Counted from the first letter of the stretch, positions 1 to 9,973 are shown. The stretch is DNA of 64,000 nt from Syntrophales bacterium (GCA_963666365.2 CAXXNF010000002.1:1184001-1248000), one strand, 5' to 3'. The notes: generated by a model not told the origin, from the letters alone. Numbers and translations are program-made.

Positions 1-3000
1 TCGCTTTCGGTGTAATCATTGAACACGGCGGGCAGTGCCACTTTTCGCACGCGCTGGTAACATACAATAATAAGATGCCCCGCACCATCTATTGTAATTC
101 CTGTTGGTACACACACCCCTGTTCCTGTCGCAGGCACACCCTCGTCATTGTTGTCCTGACTGCCGTTACCCGCCACGGTTGTGATATTTCCGGCAGTATC
201 GACCTTTCGAATTTTATTGCCACTCGGATCCGTGATATAGAGATTGCCGATTTGATCGACGACAACGTCCCGGGGACCGGCAATGCCCGCCTCAACTGCA
301 GGTCCGCCATCACCGGATGATTCCCTGCGGCCGTTTCCCGCCACTGTGCTGATAACGCCTGATGTATCTATTTTTCTCACCCGACAGTTGTAGTTGTCTG
401 ACAGATAAATATTCCCACGCATGTCAACGGTCATTCCATAAACCCGGGAACTCAGTTGCGCATTGAGGGCGTTTCCGCCATCACCGCCCCATCCTTCTTC
501 ACCGTTTCCCGCAATAGTAGTAATAATGCCCTGTGTATCCACTTTTCTGAGCCGGCGGCTTCCCAACTCCATCAGGTAGAGGTTTCCTTCGGTATCGACG
601 GTAATCGCTTCGACATAATCAATCCCCGCATTGACGGCAGGTCCGCCATCGCCACTGGAACCCCATATGCCATTGCCCGCCACGGTGGTAATGACGCCCC
701 GTGTATCAATTTTTCTAATACGACAGTTGCATGTGTCGGCGATATAAAGATTTCCTTCGCGATCGAGAGCAATGCCGTTCGGATAATCCAGTTGTGCGTT
801 GACCGCAAGCCCGCCGTCACCGCAATAACCGGCTTGGCCGTTTCCCGCAATAGTAGTAATGATCCCATCAGAATCGACCTTTCTCATGCACTGATTCCCC
901 GTATCGACAATATAGTAGTTGCCTTCCGCATCAGCAGCAACGTGTCTCGGATATCTGAATCGCGCATCAATCGCCGGTCCTCCGTCGCCGCTGTATCCGC
1001 TTTCCTGCACACCCGCGACAGTGTTGATAAGCGAAATATTATTTTCACACCGTTCGCCGTTCCCCTTCGAGATAAATGATGGATTGACAGGATCAAGTTT
1101 GTGATGCATCGACAGCGTCCATCCTTCGGCGATGGTGGCTACATGGTCTCGATGAACCATTGCATCTCTGTTCTTCCACAGGACGACTTCAGATCTGCCC
1201 AGTATGGGATATGGTTCCACGCCTGCAAAGCCAAAGGCCTGTGCAAGATCCATCCGTGCCCCAGCAAACCAGATATCGTATACGAAGCCTGTTTGAATGC
1301 GTACGGGAACAGCGCCTTCTACAGGGTTCCCCAGAAAATCCATCCCGTCCCACTCAACCTGTGTTACCTGATAGGGCAGCGGATCCAAGGTGCTCTCGAA
1401 GGTTCTCCCCGCCACCGTGACCTGAACCATAATGCGTTTCAGGCTTGCCGGCACAGTCTCGCCGCTGACAGGAACGGTAATTACCGTTTTGTAACTATGC
1501 ACACGGTTGCTTGCATAGTGAAGGGTGATATCTGTTCCCGCAACATGAATATCTTCATGAAATGTGCGGCTTCGTTCCTCTACAAAAGAATTGAGGGCGG
1601 TAGTGCAAGTTTCTTCTTTCACTTTTTCCTGATCGACGAGGGGTTCCACCTCCGGATTGGGAGCTGTCGCATCAGCGGGCATTGAATAGGGCCAATTGTA
1701 ATCGACAGGCGTAAAATGTGACACTGCTGCACGCCAGAACGTTTCATTCGGCGGATAGTGAAGCGGATCATTCAAGCCCTGCACTTCATCGGCAACAAGG
1801 CCATCGCCGTTCAGATCATCCGCCGTTTCGTCACCGTCGGCATCGAGGGCATCGGCAATCCCGTCGCCGTCGGTGTCGAGCAGTCTCACAACGACGCCGT
1901 TTTCGGCGGGGACCCAGACACCACGGTCTCTATTGTAGAATCCAACGGGGACAACGGCGCCGACGGGGAAGCCAAGAAAATTGTCAATCCAGGTGACTAC
2001 CGGTTTTTCGAACCGCACCCGCTCGATCCCGTCTACTTCCAGCTCGACGCAGTACGTATAGGCGGAAGTGGGCGGGAGCACGGAGGGCATGGAATCTTCG
2101 GTCGTATATTCCGTGGCCCGCGCAGTGATGGTGGTAAGTTCAAGAATGTCGTTGCCGGCTTCGTCCGTCATGTAGGCGCGGTTGTCACCGGTAAAGACGA
2201 TCGAGCAGGCGCGGCTGCCGAACTCGTCGATTACTACGCTGCTTTGGTGCGCTACTGCCGTTGTGGGATTTCCATCAAAGGTAAAGGTGGTGGAGCGGGG
2301 ATCCCGTGCAATCATCCGGATGGGTTCAGCCGCGACGACATCGTTCCAGGGAACAAAGACCTTTCGCTGCGCACTGCAGAATTCCTCTTTATAATATGTG
2401 AGAACCACCGTTCCCCCACCCTCGACGGGAACACTGAAAAAGCCGGTATCGTCGGTATAGGCAGTTCCATATTCGGGGTGGCTATAAATTGTGACGGCAA
2501 CACCCGAAAGAGGTGAATCATCATCGGCGACGACCATCCCCCGCACGATCGAAAAGCGCCGGGAATCATATCTATCCAGCGTGGCATCGGCAGGGACCAG
2601 CTCCTGATATCGTGCGCCGAAGGAACCCTCGGGGAGGACTTCCGGGGTTCCCTCGACCACGATTACGGCTCGTGCACGTGCCGAGCCGTGGGGGCCGCAT
2701 GCAGTAATGCAATACGTGGTGGTATGTGCGGGGGTGACAAGACAAGAACCGGAGGTGGATACCGCGCCGATGCCGTTGTCGATAACTACGAACGCGGCGC
2801 CTTCCGCGCTCCAGGAGAGCGTGGCTGCACCGTCTTTGTGAATCACCGATGGCGTCGCTGCGATTGTCACGGTGGGAGGTGATGCTTGTGATTCCTGCGT
2901 GATAACGACCGTAAGAACGGCGCCCGGCTTGCCATCAAGTGCCACCGTAATTGTGTTGTCATCGATAAGATCAATTGTTTCTTCGATCGTGTCGGTATGG

Positions 3001-3269
3001 CCTTTAAAATCTCGTGGAGTAAATATCGGAATGCCATTCACATCGATACGCGCACTCGAAACGGCATGCTTTTTATTTCCATCGCCATTATAAACCGTAA
3101 GGCGTCCCGCGCCGGCCGCTGCAGAAAATGCATCCACCGCAACGGCGGGCTTCCCTTTACCCCTGGCGTAGACTTTCGGCCCAAAGACCGCGGTGACATC
3201 CGCAAAGGAAACAGTGTGTATACACATAAGAACCACCACAAATACTCCAGTCAGAACGATCCTTTTCAT
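1..3269 (-). CDS. Large secreted teneurin-like protein (signal peptide, Ig/carboxypeptidase-like region, six NHL repeats); 3' end outside window
   Basis: Not in the ORF track because it has no stop in the window. ATG at 3269 with AGGAGG RBS; N-terminus MKRIVLTGVFVVVLMCIHTVSFA; frame open to base 1. Contains an Asp-rich DTDGDG/DADGDE/DLNGDG stretch, FHEDIHVAGTDITLHYASNR, GWTLSMHHKL and six GDGGPA-type NHL blades. Confidence 0.85.
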   Translation of the reverse strand, partial: MKRIVLTGVFVVVLMCIHTVSFADVTAVFGPKVYARGKGKPAVAVDAFSAAAGAGRLTVYNGDGNKKHAVSSARIDVNGIPIFTPRDFKGHTDTIEETIDLIDDNTITVALDGKPGAVLTVVITQESQASPPTVTIAATPSVIHKDGAATLSWSAEGAAFVVIDNGIGAVSTSGSCLVTPAHTTTYCITACGPHGSARARAVIVVEGTPEVLPEGSFGARYQELVPADATLDRYDSRRFSIVRGMVVADDDSPLSGVAVTIYSHPEYGTAYTDDTGFFSVPVEGGGTVVLTYYKEEFCSAQRKVFVPWNDVVAAEPIRMIARDPRSTTFTFDGNPTTAVAHQSSVVIDEFGSRACSIVFTGDNRAYMTDEAGNDILELTTITARATEYTTEDSMPSVLPPTSAYTYCVELEVDGIERVRFEKPVVTWIDNFLGFPVGAVVPVGFYNRDRGVWVPAENGVVVRLLDTDGDGIADALDADGDETADDLNGDGLVADEVQGLNDPLHYPPNETFWRAAVSHFTPVDYNWPYSMPADATAPNPEVEPLVDQEKVKEETCTTALNSFVEERSRTFHEDIHVAGTDITLHYASNRVHSYKTVITVPVSGETVPASLKRIMVQVTVAGRTFESTLDPLPYQVTQVEWDGMDFLGNPVEGAVPVRIQTGFVYDIWFAGARMDLAQAFGFAGVEPYPILGRSEVVLWKNRDAMVHRDHVATIAEGWTLSMHHKLDPVNPSFISKGNGERCENNISLINTVAGVQESGYSGDGGPAIDARFRYPRHVAADAEGNYYIVDTGNQCMRKVDSDGIITTIAGNGQAGYCGDGGLAVNAQLDYPNGIALDREGNLYIADTCNCRIRKIDTRGVITTVAGNGIWGSSGDGGPAVNAGIDYVEAITVDTEGNLYLMELGSRRLRKVDTQGIITTIAGNGEEGWGGDGGNALNAQLSSRVYGMTVDMRGNIYLSDNYNCRVRKIDTSGVISTVAGNGRRESSGDGGPAVEAGIAGPRDVVVDQIGNLYITDPSGNKIRKVDTAGNITTVAGNGSQDNNDEGVPATGTGVCVPTGITIDGAGHLIIVCYQRVRKVALPAVFNDYTES

Positions 3270-3640
3270 GATTCCCTCCTTCAAAGCAGCAATTCATTGC
3301 GTGCGGGCGGCGGGATCTTCCTTCACTTCAGCAGGCGCCATACATATGCCGGCGCCTCAGGGGTCCATGCCCCGTCGCCGTTAAATGGATTTATTGCGGT
3401 TTGTGGTGAGGATAGAGGTTGAGGATTGCTCTGATGTGGACTCTGCAATAAGGTTCGGACACTGAAAAAAAATAAACGTTTTTATAGTAGCGCCTTATAA
3501 ATTCAAGCGCATACCACCGAAACCACGAATCGAAAGCAGTTAATGATGTAAGGCTGCATAGTACCTCAAAAGGCAATGAAATTTAATACTGAATTACTAC
3601 GGTAAAAATTGCGCTCATTCCAGGTAGTTCAACCCCTGGG

Positions 3641-3850
3641 AATTCCGGGGACAGTATACTTAATTACTGACAGCCGGCAATTAAAAGGAGAAGTAATGTA
3701 ATTAAAGGACTGGCAGACCGTTGGGAAGCAATCAGTTTATAGATAATGTTGAAAAACTGTTTTACCGTATGGTTCGCAGACATAAGCCTGGGCCGAAAGG
3801 AAAAAATCAGAATTAAGTATACTGTCCCCGGAATTATAGTCCCCGGAATT
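3641..3850. repeat. REP-doublet/MITE-like element with perfect 25-bp inverted arms
   Basis: AATTCCGGGGACAGTATACTTAATT at 3641-3665, its reverse complement at 3811-3835, and an extra partial arm at 3839-3850; same family at 32477-34028. Confidence 0.85.
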
Positions 3851-3863
3851 ATACCCTGTTGCG

Positions 3864-5342
3864 CTAGTACTGGATGCCGCCGGAGTCACCGCTTTTCTTA
3901 ACCGTCATGCCGAAATCATCGAAGAACTGATCGTTCGCGGCATTGGAATCGTAAAAGGCATGGACGCCGATTTCGGCGGGTCTCTCCGTGCCGAAACTCC
4001 CCGAGGTAAAAGTTGCATCAGCAATGACAGTGCTTTCTTTCCACACGACTGTACCGTCTACCACGGTGGCGTCTCTCGCGGTGGGCCAGGACGGAGATGA
4101 TGAATTGCTTGTTCCTGATCCTATGCATACATAACAATGACCGTTCTGCGAAGCCGGGCGCACCACATCACCACCGTCATAGGCGGTGGTGCCGTGCCAT
4201 GTGTAGTGAGCGCTGTAATCCGACCAGCGCACAGGATTGAAGAGGCTGTAATTCCAGCTTCGTGTTCCCCGAGGGTGTGCTCCCGTTCCCTGTACATAGA
4301 CATAGATATAATTTTCACGGGTACCACTGGGACCCGAATACAGCTCATCCACCTTCACGAGAATAGTGGACCAGTCTTTCAGCGCGCCACCGTCGATTAC
4401 TCCGTATGAACTCGACATCTGACGGTGATCGATAAGTGAATAGGTCCCGTTAATCTTTTTCCATAGCACGGCATGCACGTTTCCGTCGCGAAGAGAAGAA
4501 AACGTGGCAAACTCCGGAGAGGTGATCCAGGACGGCGCCTTTTTATCATAAGCTATGGACCTGAAAAAGGACACACCATAGGAACTGTCGTCGCCGGGAT
4601 CCAGGTTTCCTTTCGTATTCAGACGAAAGGAAAGTCCCATCATATAGTATTCCCCCTTTTTTCCCTCGGATTCTACATTGATCTTCACCTGCATCGCGTA
4701 GCTGAGCAGCTGATCGTTATTATTCCATGAAGCCTCGAAGTCCGGTGCGTCGTCATTGCCGTCCCAGTCCATATTGAGCATTGCCTCGTTCCCCTTGAAC
4801 TGAAGGGCGGTTTCGCCCCCCGAGGGACCTGTCGAAACAAGAGAGACGTCGGTACCCGTACCGGCATCCCATGTTTCATCCAGAGAGGTGTCGCCGTTTT
4901 CGTCGAATCCAATCGATGCCGGCGGATCATTGCCGGGCAGCGTGGCTGTCGCCTTCACCACATTCCAGGTTATCTTTCGTCGCGTCGATATCCAGCCCGA
5001 TCCCTGAATCCCCGTAGATTCTATCAGCAGGCGGGCGTTGTCGCCGGGGTTATCGTAACTTTTCACTGCAAACCGGTCCCCGTTGCTCAGTGTGTAGGTG
5101 GTCAGGGTGTCTATCTTCGTTCCATCGGCAATAAAGAGCTGCAGCGCATAGCGCCCTCCCGATTCGGCAAGATAGTAGGCCCTGGCCTGACGATTGGCGA
5201 AAAGCTCCCCATAGGTGGCGGTGGTCGTCACATACAGCATCCCGGCGGCAAGTATTGCAATGACCGTCATCGTTACAATGAGACCGATGAGAATCAACCC
5301 TCTCGGCTTTGACAGCATTTCAGACGACTGCATCGTATTCAC
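3864..5342 (-). CDS. PilX/MshP-like minor pilin with large C-terminal (probable adhesin) region, cassette A
   Basis: G-LILIGLIVTMTVIAILAAGM without Glu5, and QARAYYLAESG motif typical of PilX N-termini. Confidence 0.8.
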   Translation of the reverse strand: MNTMQSSEMLSKPRGLILIGLIVTMTVIAILAAGMLYVTTTATYGELFANRQARAYYLAESGGRYALQLFIADGTKIDTLTTYTLSNGDRFAVKSYDNPGDNARLLIESTGIQGSGWISTRRKITWNVVKATATLPGNDPPASIGFDENGDTSLDETWDAGTGTDVSLVSTGPSGGETALQFKGNEAMLNMDWDGNDDAPDFEASWNNNDQLLSYAMQVKINVESEGKKGEYYMMGLSFRLNTKGNLDPGDDSSYGVSFFRSIAYDKKAPSWITSPEFATFSSLRDGNVHAVLWKKINGTYSLIDHRQMSSSYGVIDGGALKDWSTILVKVDELYSGPSGTRENYIYVYVQGTGAHPRGTRSWNYSLFNPVRWSDYSAHYTWHGTTAYDGGDVVRPASQNGHCYVCIGSGTSNSSSPSWPTARDATVVDGTVVWKESTVIADATFTSGSFGTERPAEIGVHAFYDSNAANDQFFDDFGMTVKKSGDSGGIQY

Positions 5343-5822
5343 CTATAAATTTCGAGGACGGACACGTTTGGTAAACTCAATTACCACACCATCCGCCCCG
5401 TTTAACGCGATGGTAAATTCTATAATTCGTCGTGTCGACGTCCATGTGGTTTCGTGCGCACCGTCATGGGCATCATAATAGCCCAGTTCGAAACTGTCGA
5501 CCTGATCGGTGAGAATATCGCCGTCATAGGTGATCGTGTTTCCCGCCATTGAAAGCGTGTGATCATAGAGCATCCCGGCACGATAAGAGGAAAACGAAAT
5601 GGATTCGGGACCTGCCGCACTGACCGAGCTTACATTATTCAGTTCTTTCATGAGCTTTGCCATCGTCACCTGTCCTTTTTGCACAAGGGCGACATTCCCC
5701 TTCGCAAACAAGAACCCCTGCACAATCGATACGATCCCTATCCCCGCCGCAGTGGCGATTATTCCCACCATGGTAAGCACTATAATCACTTCGATGAGTG
5801 TAAATCCCTTGTTTTTCGGCAT
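5343..5822 (-). CDS. Minor pilin (PilW/MshO-like), cassette A
   Basis: Prepilin motif KGFTLIEVIIVL. Confidence 0.85.
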   Translation of the reverse strand: MPKNKGFTLIEVIIVLTMVGIIATAAGIGIVSIVQGFLFAKGNVALVQKGQVTMAKLMKELNNVSSVSAAGPESISFSSYRAGMLYDHTLSMAGNTITYDGDILTDQVDSFELGYYDAHDGAHETTWTSTRRIIEFTIALNGADGVVIEFTKRVRPRNL

Positions 5823-5916
5823 ATTCTTCTCACCTTGTACCTTTCCTCTTCCCCGACGGGGGATTAAGGAAAGGGGGAGTTTTTGTCTTCGAGACCATCA
5901 CTACCTGACCAGACCG

Positions 5917-6333
5917 CTATTGCACAAAAATAACGGTAAGTATTTCGTTCTGGTCATTTGCAATGGTCACCTTGAGTTTATTCGGCGGATCGCCCTCTGC
6001 TAATGCGGCTTCAGTCTCGTTTGTAAATTTCATGAATCTGTTTTCAATCACACTGTACTGCCCATATGAGTTGCTCTGATCGCTGCCTTCGGCGCCTATG
6101 CGTGCCTGAAGTCCGGGCAGGCTCGATGCGTAATTCTCCAGATAGTCTGCGGTAATATTTTCCATGACCTGTTGCAGTGCAAGGCTCTTCTGCAGGCGGA
6201 ATATCGGCACGGCGCTCTGGGTCATGGAAGTGCCGAAATACTGATACATGACGGCGCCGAAGATCGCCACAAGGGCAAGTGTCACAATAAGCTCAATGAG
6301 GGTGAAGCCCCTCTGAATCCGCACTCGTCTCAT
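5917..6333 (-). CDS. Minor pilin (PilV/MshD-like), cassette A
   Basis: Prepilin motif RGFTLIELIVTL. Confidence 0.85.
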   Translation of the reverse strand: MRRVRIQRGFTLIELIVTLALVAIFGAVMYQYFGTSMTQSAVPIFRLQKSLALQQVMENITADYLENYASSLPGLQARIGAEGSDQSNSYGQYSVIENRFMKFTNETEAALAEGDPPNKLKVTIANDQNEILTVIFVQ

Positions 6334-6791
6334 TGGATAAATCCCGTATTCTTTGTAATCCTTATGGTATGGGACTCACCGCCTCCTGAAAGCGTGACGG
6401 ACACATCCGAGATTCCGGGACTCCCCCACTCATCATAGGTCACCGTTAAACCGGACACCGAATAGCCGGAAGGCAGTTGGTGCGTAGATGAATCGTCATT
6501 AGGCAGGCTATGGGGCCATGTGGCGCCGTCTCGTAACACCGTGTAGGAATTACCGCCAAAGGTCACGCTCCAGGGCACATCATCACTGAGCGCCCGGTAT
6601 TGCACAAACCGAAGATGCGACTTCAGAATATCCACTTCGGAATAGAGCGCAAAGGATGCCTGCGAGAGAATTGCCGCAACGGCAACAGCGGCAATAATGC
6701 CGAGCACCACAAGAACGGCAATCATCTCTATCAGAGTGAAGCCGCTGTTGCCTTCAGAAGCTCCTTTTGGCGTGCAGTCTGTGATACTCAC
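6330..6791 (-). CDS. Minor pilin (FimT/GspH/MshC-like), cassette A
   Basis: SGFTLIEMIAVL, LKSHLRFVQYRAL, C-terminal ITKNTGFI. Confidence 0.85.
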   Translation of the reverse strand: MSITDCTPKGASEGNSGFTLIEMIAVLVVLGIIAAVAVAAILSQASFALYSEVDILKSHLRFVQYRALSDDVPWSVTFGGNSYTVLRDGATWPHSLPNDDSSTHQLPSGYSVSGLTVTYDEWGSPGISDVSVTLSGGGESHTIRITKNTGFIQ

Positions 6792-6836
6792 GGGCTTGTC
6801 TCCGGTTAACGTTCTAAAAACGCATTGTAATCAGTA

Positions 6837-6861
6837 TACAGACAGTGTGAAGAAAAGTCAC
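6837..6861 (-). promoter_or_regulatory. Putative ECF-sigma promoter GTGAC-N16-TGTA upstream of cassette A
   Basis: Same bipartite motif and spacing as 7795-7819 and 18240-18264. Confidence 0.45.
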
Positions 6862-6902
6862 CCGTCATTAAGTGAAATCGGTCACAACAAACCGGAGTAG
6901 GG

Positions 6903-7322
6903 TTACCAACGCTCTTTTTGCTCTTTAAAAAAAACCAAAAAAACAGTAGGTGAAAAGATTTTGACGCCACGGCATCTTTCATGTGGAAAATGCTTTTGAT
7001 TTCCCGTCACAATACCCAGGGATTGGCTTGCAAGGGCAACTTCGAGAAATGGTTCATCATCGGGATCGGAGAGCGATTCAAACAAAGGGGACGGTGCAAC
7101 AGCGCAACCTTGAGATATCATGTAGTCCAGAAAGGCAACAATTTTTTCTTCTTCAAATCCAAACTTCTCTCGTCGAAGGACTTCTTCGTATTCTGAAATA
7201 ATTCTTGCATCAAAAGAAATCGTCAGTTCCCCCGATGAGAGCATACGTACGATTTCGCCGCAGGCGCCGAAGGGCGATAAAAGACCGGCCACAAGAACAT
7301 TGGTGTCAACGACTACATTCAT
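6903..7322 (-). CDS. PIN-domain toxin (putative TA toxin)
   Basis: VVVDTNVLV, DPDDEPFLE and IVTGNQKHF motifs. Confidence 0.9.
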   Translation of the reverse strand: MNVVVDTNVLVAGLLSPFGACGEIVRMLSSGELTISFDARIISEYEEVLRREKFGFEEEKIVAFLDYMISQGCAVAPSPLFESLSDPDDEPFLEVALASQSLGIVTGNQKHFPHERCRGVKIFSPTVFLVFFKEQKERW

Positions 7323-7621
7323 TACGCACGCTTTTCGCGAACAGATTTAATTTCGGCATTTATTTCATCAAGTGTGATCTTGTCTTTTCCCCTCTCTCTC
7401 GACCGTCGTTGGATAGAAGCGACAGCCTCGACAGATCGTAATCTACGAAATGTCGCCAGCGATTCTTCTAGATTTCCGTCATTTATTGCGGCGAGAATGG
7501 CTATGGGCCGACCATTGCTCGTAATAACCATCTCTTTTTCGACAGGCAATTCTTTCCAGATTTGTGCAGACTTGCCTCTTAAGTCCCGGACACTTAGAAA
7601 TTTCATTGTTTTGTCCTCCAT
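7322..7621 (-). CDS. Phd/YefM-family antitoxin
   Basis: LSVRDLR...VITSNGRPIAIL; overlaps the PIN toxin start. Confidence 0.85.
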   Translation of the reverse strand: MEDKTMKFLSVRDLRGKSAQIWKELPVEKEMVITSNGRPIAILAAINDGNLEESLATFRRLRSVEAVASIQRRSRERGKDKITLDEINAEIKSVREKRA

Positions 7622-7698
7622 TCGTGGCCTCGATTATGCACACATTTGTCACCCACTGTCAACTTTTTTAGGCAGGTTCTTGAAATAGCATTATGACT

Positions 7699-7817
7699 TG
7701 ACGGCCCCTTAAAAAGTCGCATCTCCCTCCCCTGGGAGGCTGGGTCATGATTGGCGATTAGTCGTTGCGACCAACCGTAATTCATATTTCTATTGTGACT
7801 TTTTGTGTGCTCGATTG
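7699..7817. mobile_element. Degenerate MITE-like element (TTGACGG..AAAAAGTC / GACTTTTTG ends)
   Basis: Ends resemble those of the elements at 18277-18414 and 26290-26426. Confidence 0.4.
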
Positions 7818-7819
7818 TA
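7795..7819 (+). promoter_or_regulatory. Putative ECF-sigma promoter GTGAC-N16-TGTA upstream of the anti-sigma-like gene and cassette B
   Basis: TGTGAC-N14-ATTGTA, with both hexamers and the spacing identical to the site upstream of the ECF gene. Confidence 0.45.
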
Positions 7820-7835
7820 TATCTAGTACAGACAC

Positions 7836-8456
7836 ATGAAACTCATCATCGGACATCAGGATAGTGCCATGAAAGAATTTAAAGATATTATCGAGCAGAT
7901 AGAAACCATGCCGGCCCTTTCACCGTCGAATGATTTTACGGCAGCCGTCATGAATCGGCTCCCCCATTATCAGGTCGCCGTGCAACCGCTCTGGAAAAGA
8001 ATTATCGACCCACGGCAGATCCTCAAACGCAGCTTCACGAAGGATGAATGTTTATTCTTTTTCTTTATGGCAGGGGCATTTCATCTGATCATGGCCGTAA
8101 TTCTTTGCATCGGGTTCAGGGGACTTTACGTTTCCCTTCCTCATACTGGGTGGCTGATCACCCAGCCGGCGCTTTCACTGCTTGCCGCCTTCGGTTTTAC
8201 GTCCCTGGGCGTCCTCTTGCACAAGCAGCATGTGCACGCCCTTAAAACCATTCAGATCGGCATTGCCGCCTATATCTTACTGGTACTGTTAAATGCATTC
8301 ACCCTTTACCAGAGTCTCAATATTCCCCTTATTATGATGTTGCTGCTTTCCTTCACTGTCGGCGGTGTTTTGCTGGGAATCATACTTACTGTGGTTGTGC
8401 ATCAATGGGCACGGCCGCCGTTACACACTGAATGCCCGGAGCACGCAGTAAAATGA
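7836..8456 (+). CDS. Membrane protein with anti-sigma-like N-terminus, about 4 TM helices
   Basis: PSNDFTAAVMNRL resembles ECF anti-sigma N-terminal motifs; hydrophobic C-half; stop overlaps the next ATG (ATGA). Start may be 7869. Confidence 0.6.
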   Translation: MKLIIGHQDSAMKEFKDIIEQIETMPALSPSNDFTAAVMNRLPHYQVAVQPLWKRIIDPRQILKRSFTKDECLFFFFMAGAFHLIMAVILCIGFRGLYVSLPHTGWLITQPALSLLAAFGFTSLGVLLHKQHVHALKTIQIGIAAYILLVLLNAFTLYQSLNIPLIMMLLLSFTVGGVLLGIILTVVVHQWARPPLHTECPEHAVK

Positions 8457-8935
8457 GAATACTCACTCGACATAATGCCGGATTTACCATAATCGAGATC
8501 ATTGCCATACTGGTGGTAATCGGCATCATAGGGGTAACCGTCGTGGGCCGCCAGATATCCCTTGGCACGGAAGCCCGCACACAGGCAAGCATTATAAAAA
8601 ATCACCTGCGCTATGCGCAGAGCCTCTCCATGAACTCCAACATGATATGGGGGATCGAGTGTGACGGCAGCAAATACTGGCTTTTTAAAAACGGTCAGGA
8701 CGGCACTACGGACGACAAGGTCATGCTGCCCGGAGAAGATTCAACGGAAGTGAGTCTCTCCGACAAGGGTATCAGTATGGGTTCCTTCACAGTTGCATTT
8801 ACGAGAGAAAAGGGAGAACCGGGCGAAGATGCCGACGCCTCGCCCGTGGCGAGTGCCAACATCACCATTACCGTAACCGGCGGCGGCGATTCCGAAACAA
8901 TCACGGTTACAAGAAACACAGGGTATATACCATGA
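8453..8935 (+). CDS. Minor pilin (FimT/GspH/MshC-like), cassette B
   Basis: AGFTIIEIIAIL, IKNHLRYAQSLSM, VTRNTGYI; paralog of 6330-6791. Confidence 0.85.
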   Translation: MRILTRHNAGFTIIEIIAILVVIGIIGVTVVGRQISLGTEARTQASIIKNHLRYAQSLSMNSNMIWGIECDGSKYWLFKNGQDGTTDDKVMLPGEDSTEVSLSDKGISMGSFTVAFTREKGEPGEDADASPVASANITITVTGGGDSETITVTRNTGYIP

Positions 8936-9354
8936 GACACGTATTCACAAGACGCCGCCAAAGGGGCTTCTCACTGATCGAAATCATCGTGAGTCTGATG
9001 ATCGTGGGCATCATGTCGGCAGTGGTCTACTCCTACATGGGAAGCACCCTGACGAACAGTGTGTTTCCCGTGCTGTGGCTGAACGACGCCCAGAAAGTAA
9101 ATGAAGTCATGGAACAGATCAAGCGCGACTACGATGAAGAATTTCCTTCTCACACAGGTTCTGCCGCTCCGTGGATAGAAACGTTTTTCGATAATGAAAT
9201 TTATCCTACCTATCGCTCAGATGTCGATTCATTGACATATGTACTCGGCTCTTTTGATGGAAATCTCGTCTGGACGAACGACTCCAGCAGCAAATATCTG
9301 AAGGTAACACTCACTAAGAACCTGCAAAAGGTCATAGGGGTATTTTCGGAGTAG
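8932..9354 (+). CDS. Minor pilin (PilV/MshD-like), cassette B
   Basis: RGFSLIEIIVSL; VMEQIKRDY and LKVTL match paralog 5917-6333. Confidence 0.85.
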   Translation: MRHVFTRRRQRGFSLIEIIVSLMIVGIMSAVVYSYMGSTLTNSVFPVLWLNDAQKVNEVMEQIKRDYDEEFPSHTGSAAPWIETFFDNEIYPTYRSDVDSLTYVLGSFDGNLVWTNDSSSKYLKVTLTKNLQKVIGVFSE

Positions 9355-9358
9355 GCCA

Positions 9359-9919
9359 ATGGCGGAAAAAAGCAGACAGGACACAGCACGAGGCACGCCC
9401 GGATTCACGCTTATCGAGGTAATTGTCACACTGGTCCTTGTGGGAATACTTGCCGCGACCGCGGGGATGGGCATCGTCTCCAGCGTGAGAGGCTACCTTA
9501 TGGCCCAGGAAAACGCCACCATCGCCCAGAAGGCGGAGCTGGCGCTGCGCAGGATCACCATTGAACTGCGCCTGGCAAAAAATATACGAGACTGCAGCTC
9601 CGACAACTCCGACTATGTAGTCGTCGATTACGATGAAGAGGGAACCGACTCAATGTACATCAAGCTTGTAGGAAGTGACATAAAAATGCTCAGCGGCACG
9701 ACAGCGCCGGGCGTGTCGACGGGTGATGTGCTGGTGAGCGGTGTCAATGGTTTTACCATGGACTTTTACAGATATGACGATTCCGGCACTCCTACATGGA
9801 CTGCAGCAGATGACTTTGACCAACTGGGCATTATTTTTATAGAACTGAGCCTTGACAGAAACGACGGGGATACACAGACATTCAGGACGGCCGTACACCC
9901 GGGCGATCCGGAAACGTAG
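9359..9919 (+). CDS. Minor pilin (PilW/MshO-like), cassette B
   Basis: PGFTLIEVIVTL...AGMGIVS; paralog of 5343-5822. Confidence 0.85.
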   Translation: MAEKSRQDTARGTPGFTLIEVIVTLVLVGILAATAGMGIVSSVRGYLMAQENATIAQKAELALRRITIELRLAKNIRDCSSDNSDYVVVDYDEEGTDSMYIKLVGSDIKMLSGTTAPGVSTGDVLVSGVNGFTMDFYRYDDSGTPTWTAADDFDQLGIIFIELSLDRNDGDTQTFRTAVHPGDPET

Positions 9920-9973
9920 CATATAATTAAAAATAAGTATACTGTCACATTACAAGCATCAGGAGGTGCTGCT

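Noticed and set aside
456..2516. Long plus-strand ORFs (207, 194 and 252 aa)
   Set aside because: All are in-register antisense shadows of the minus-strand teneurin-like gene
5917..9354. Diversity-generating retroelement acting on the pilin paralogs
   Set aside because: No reverse transcriptase and no template/variable repeat pair differing only at adenines
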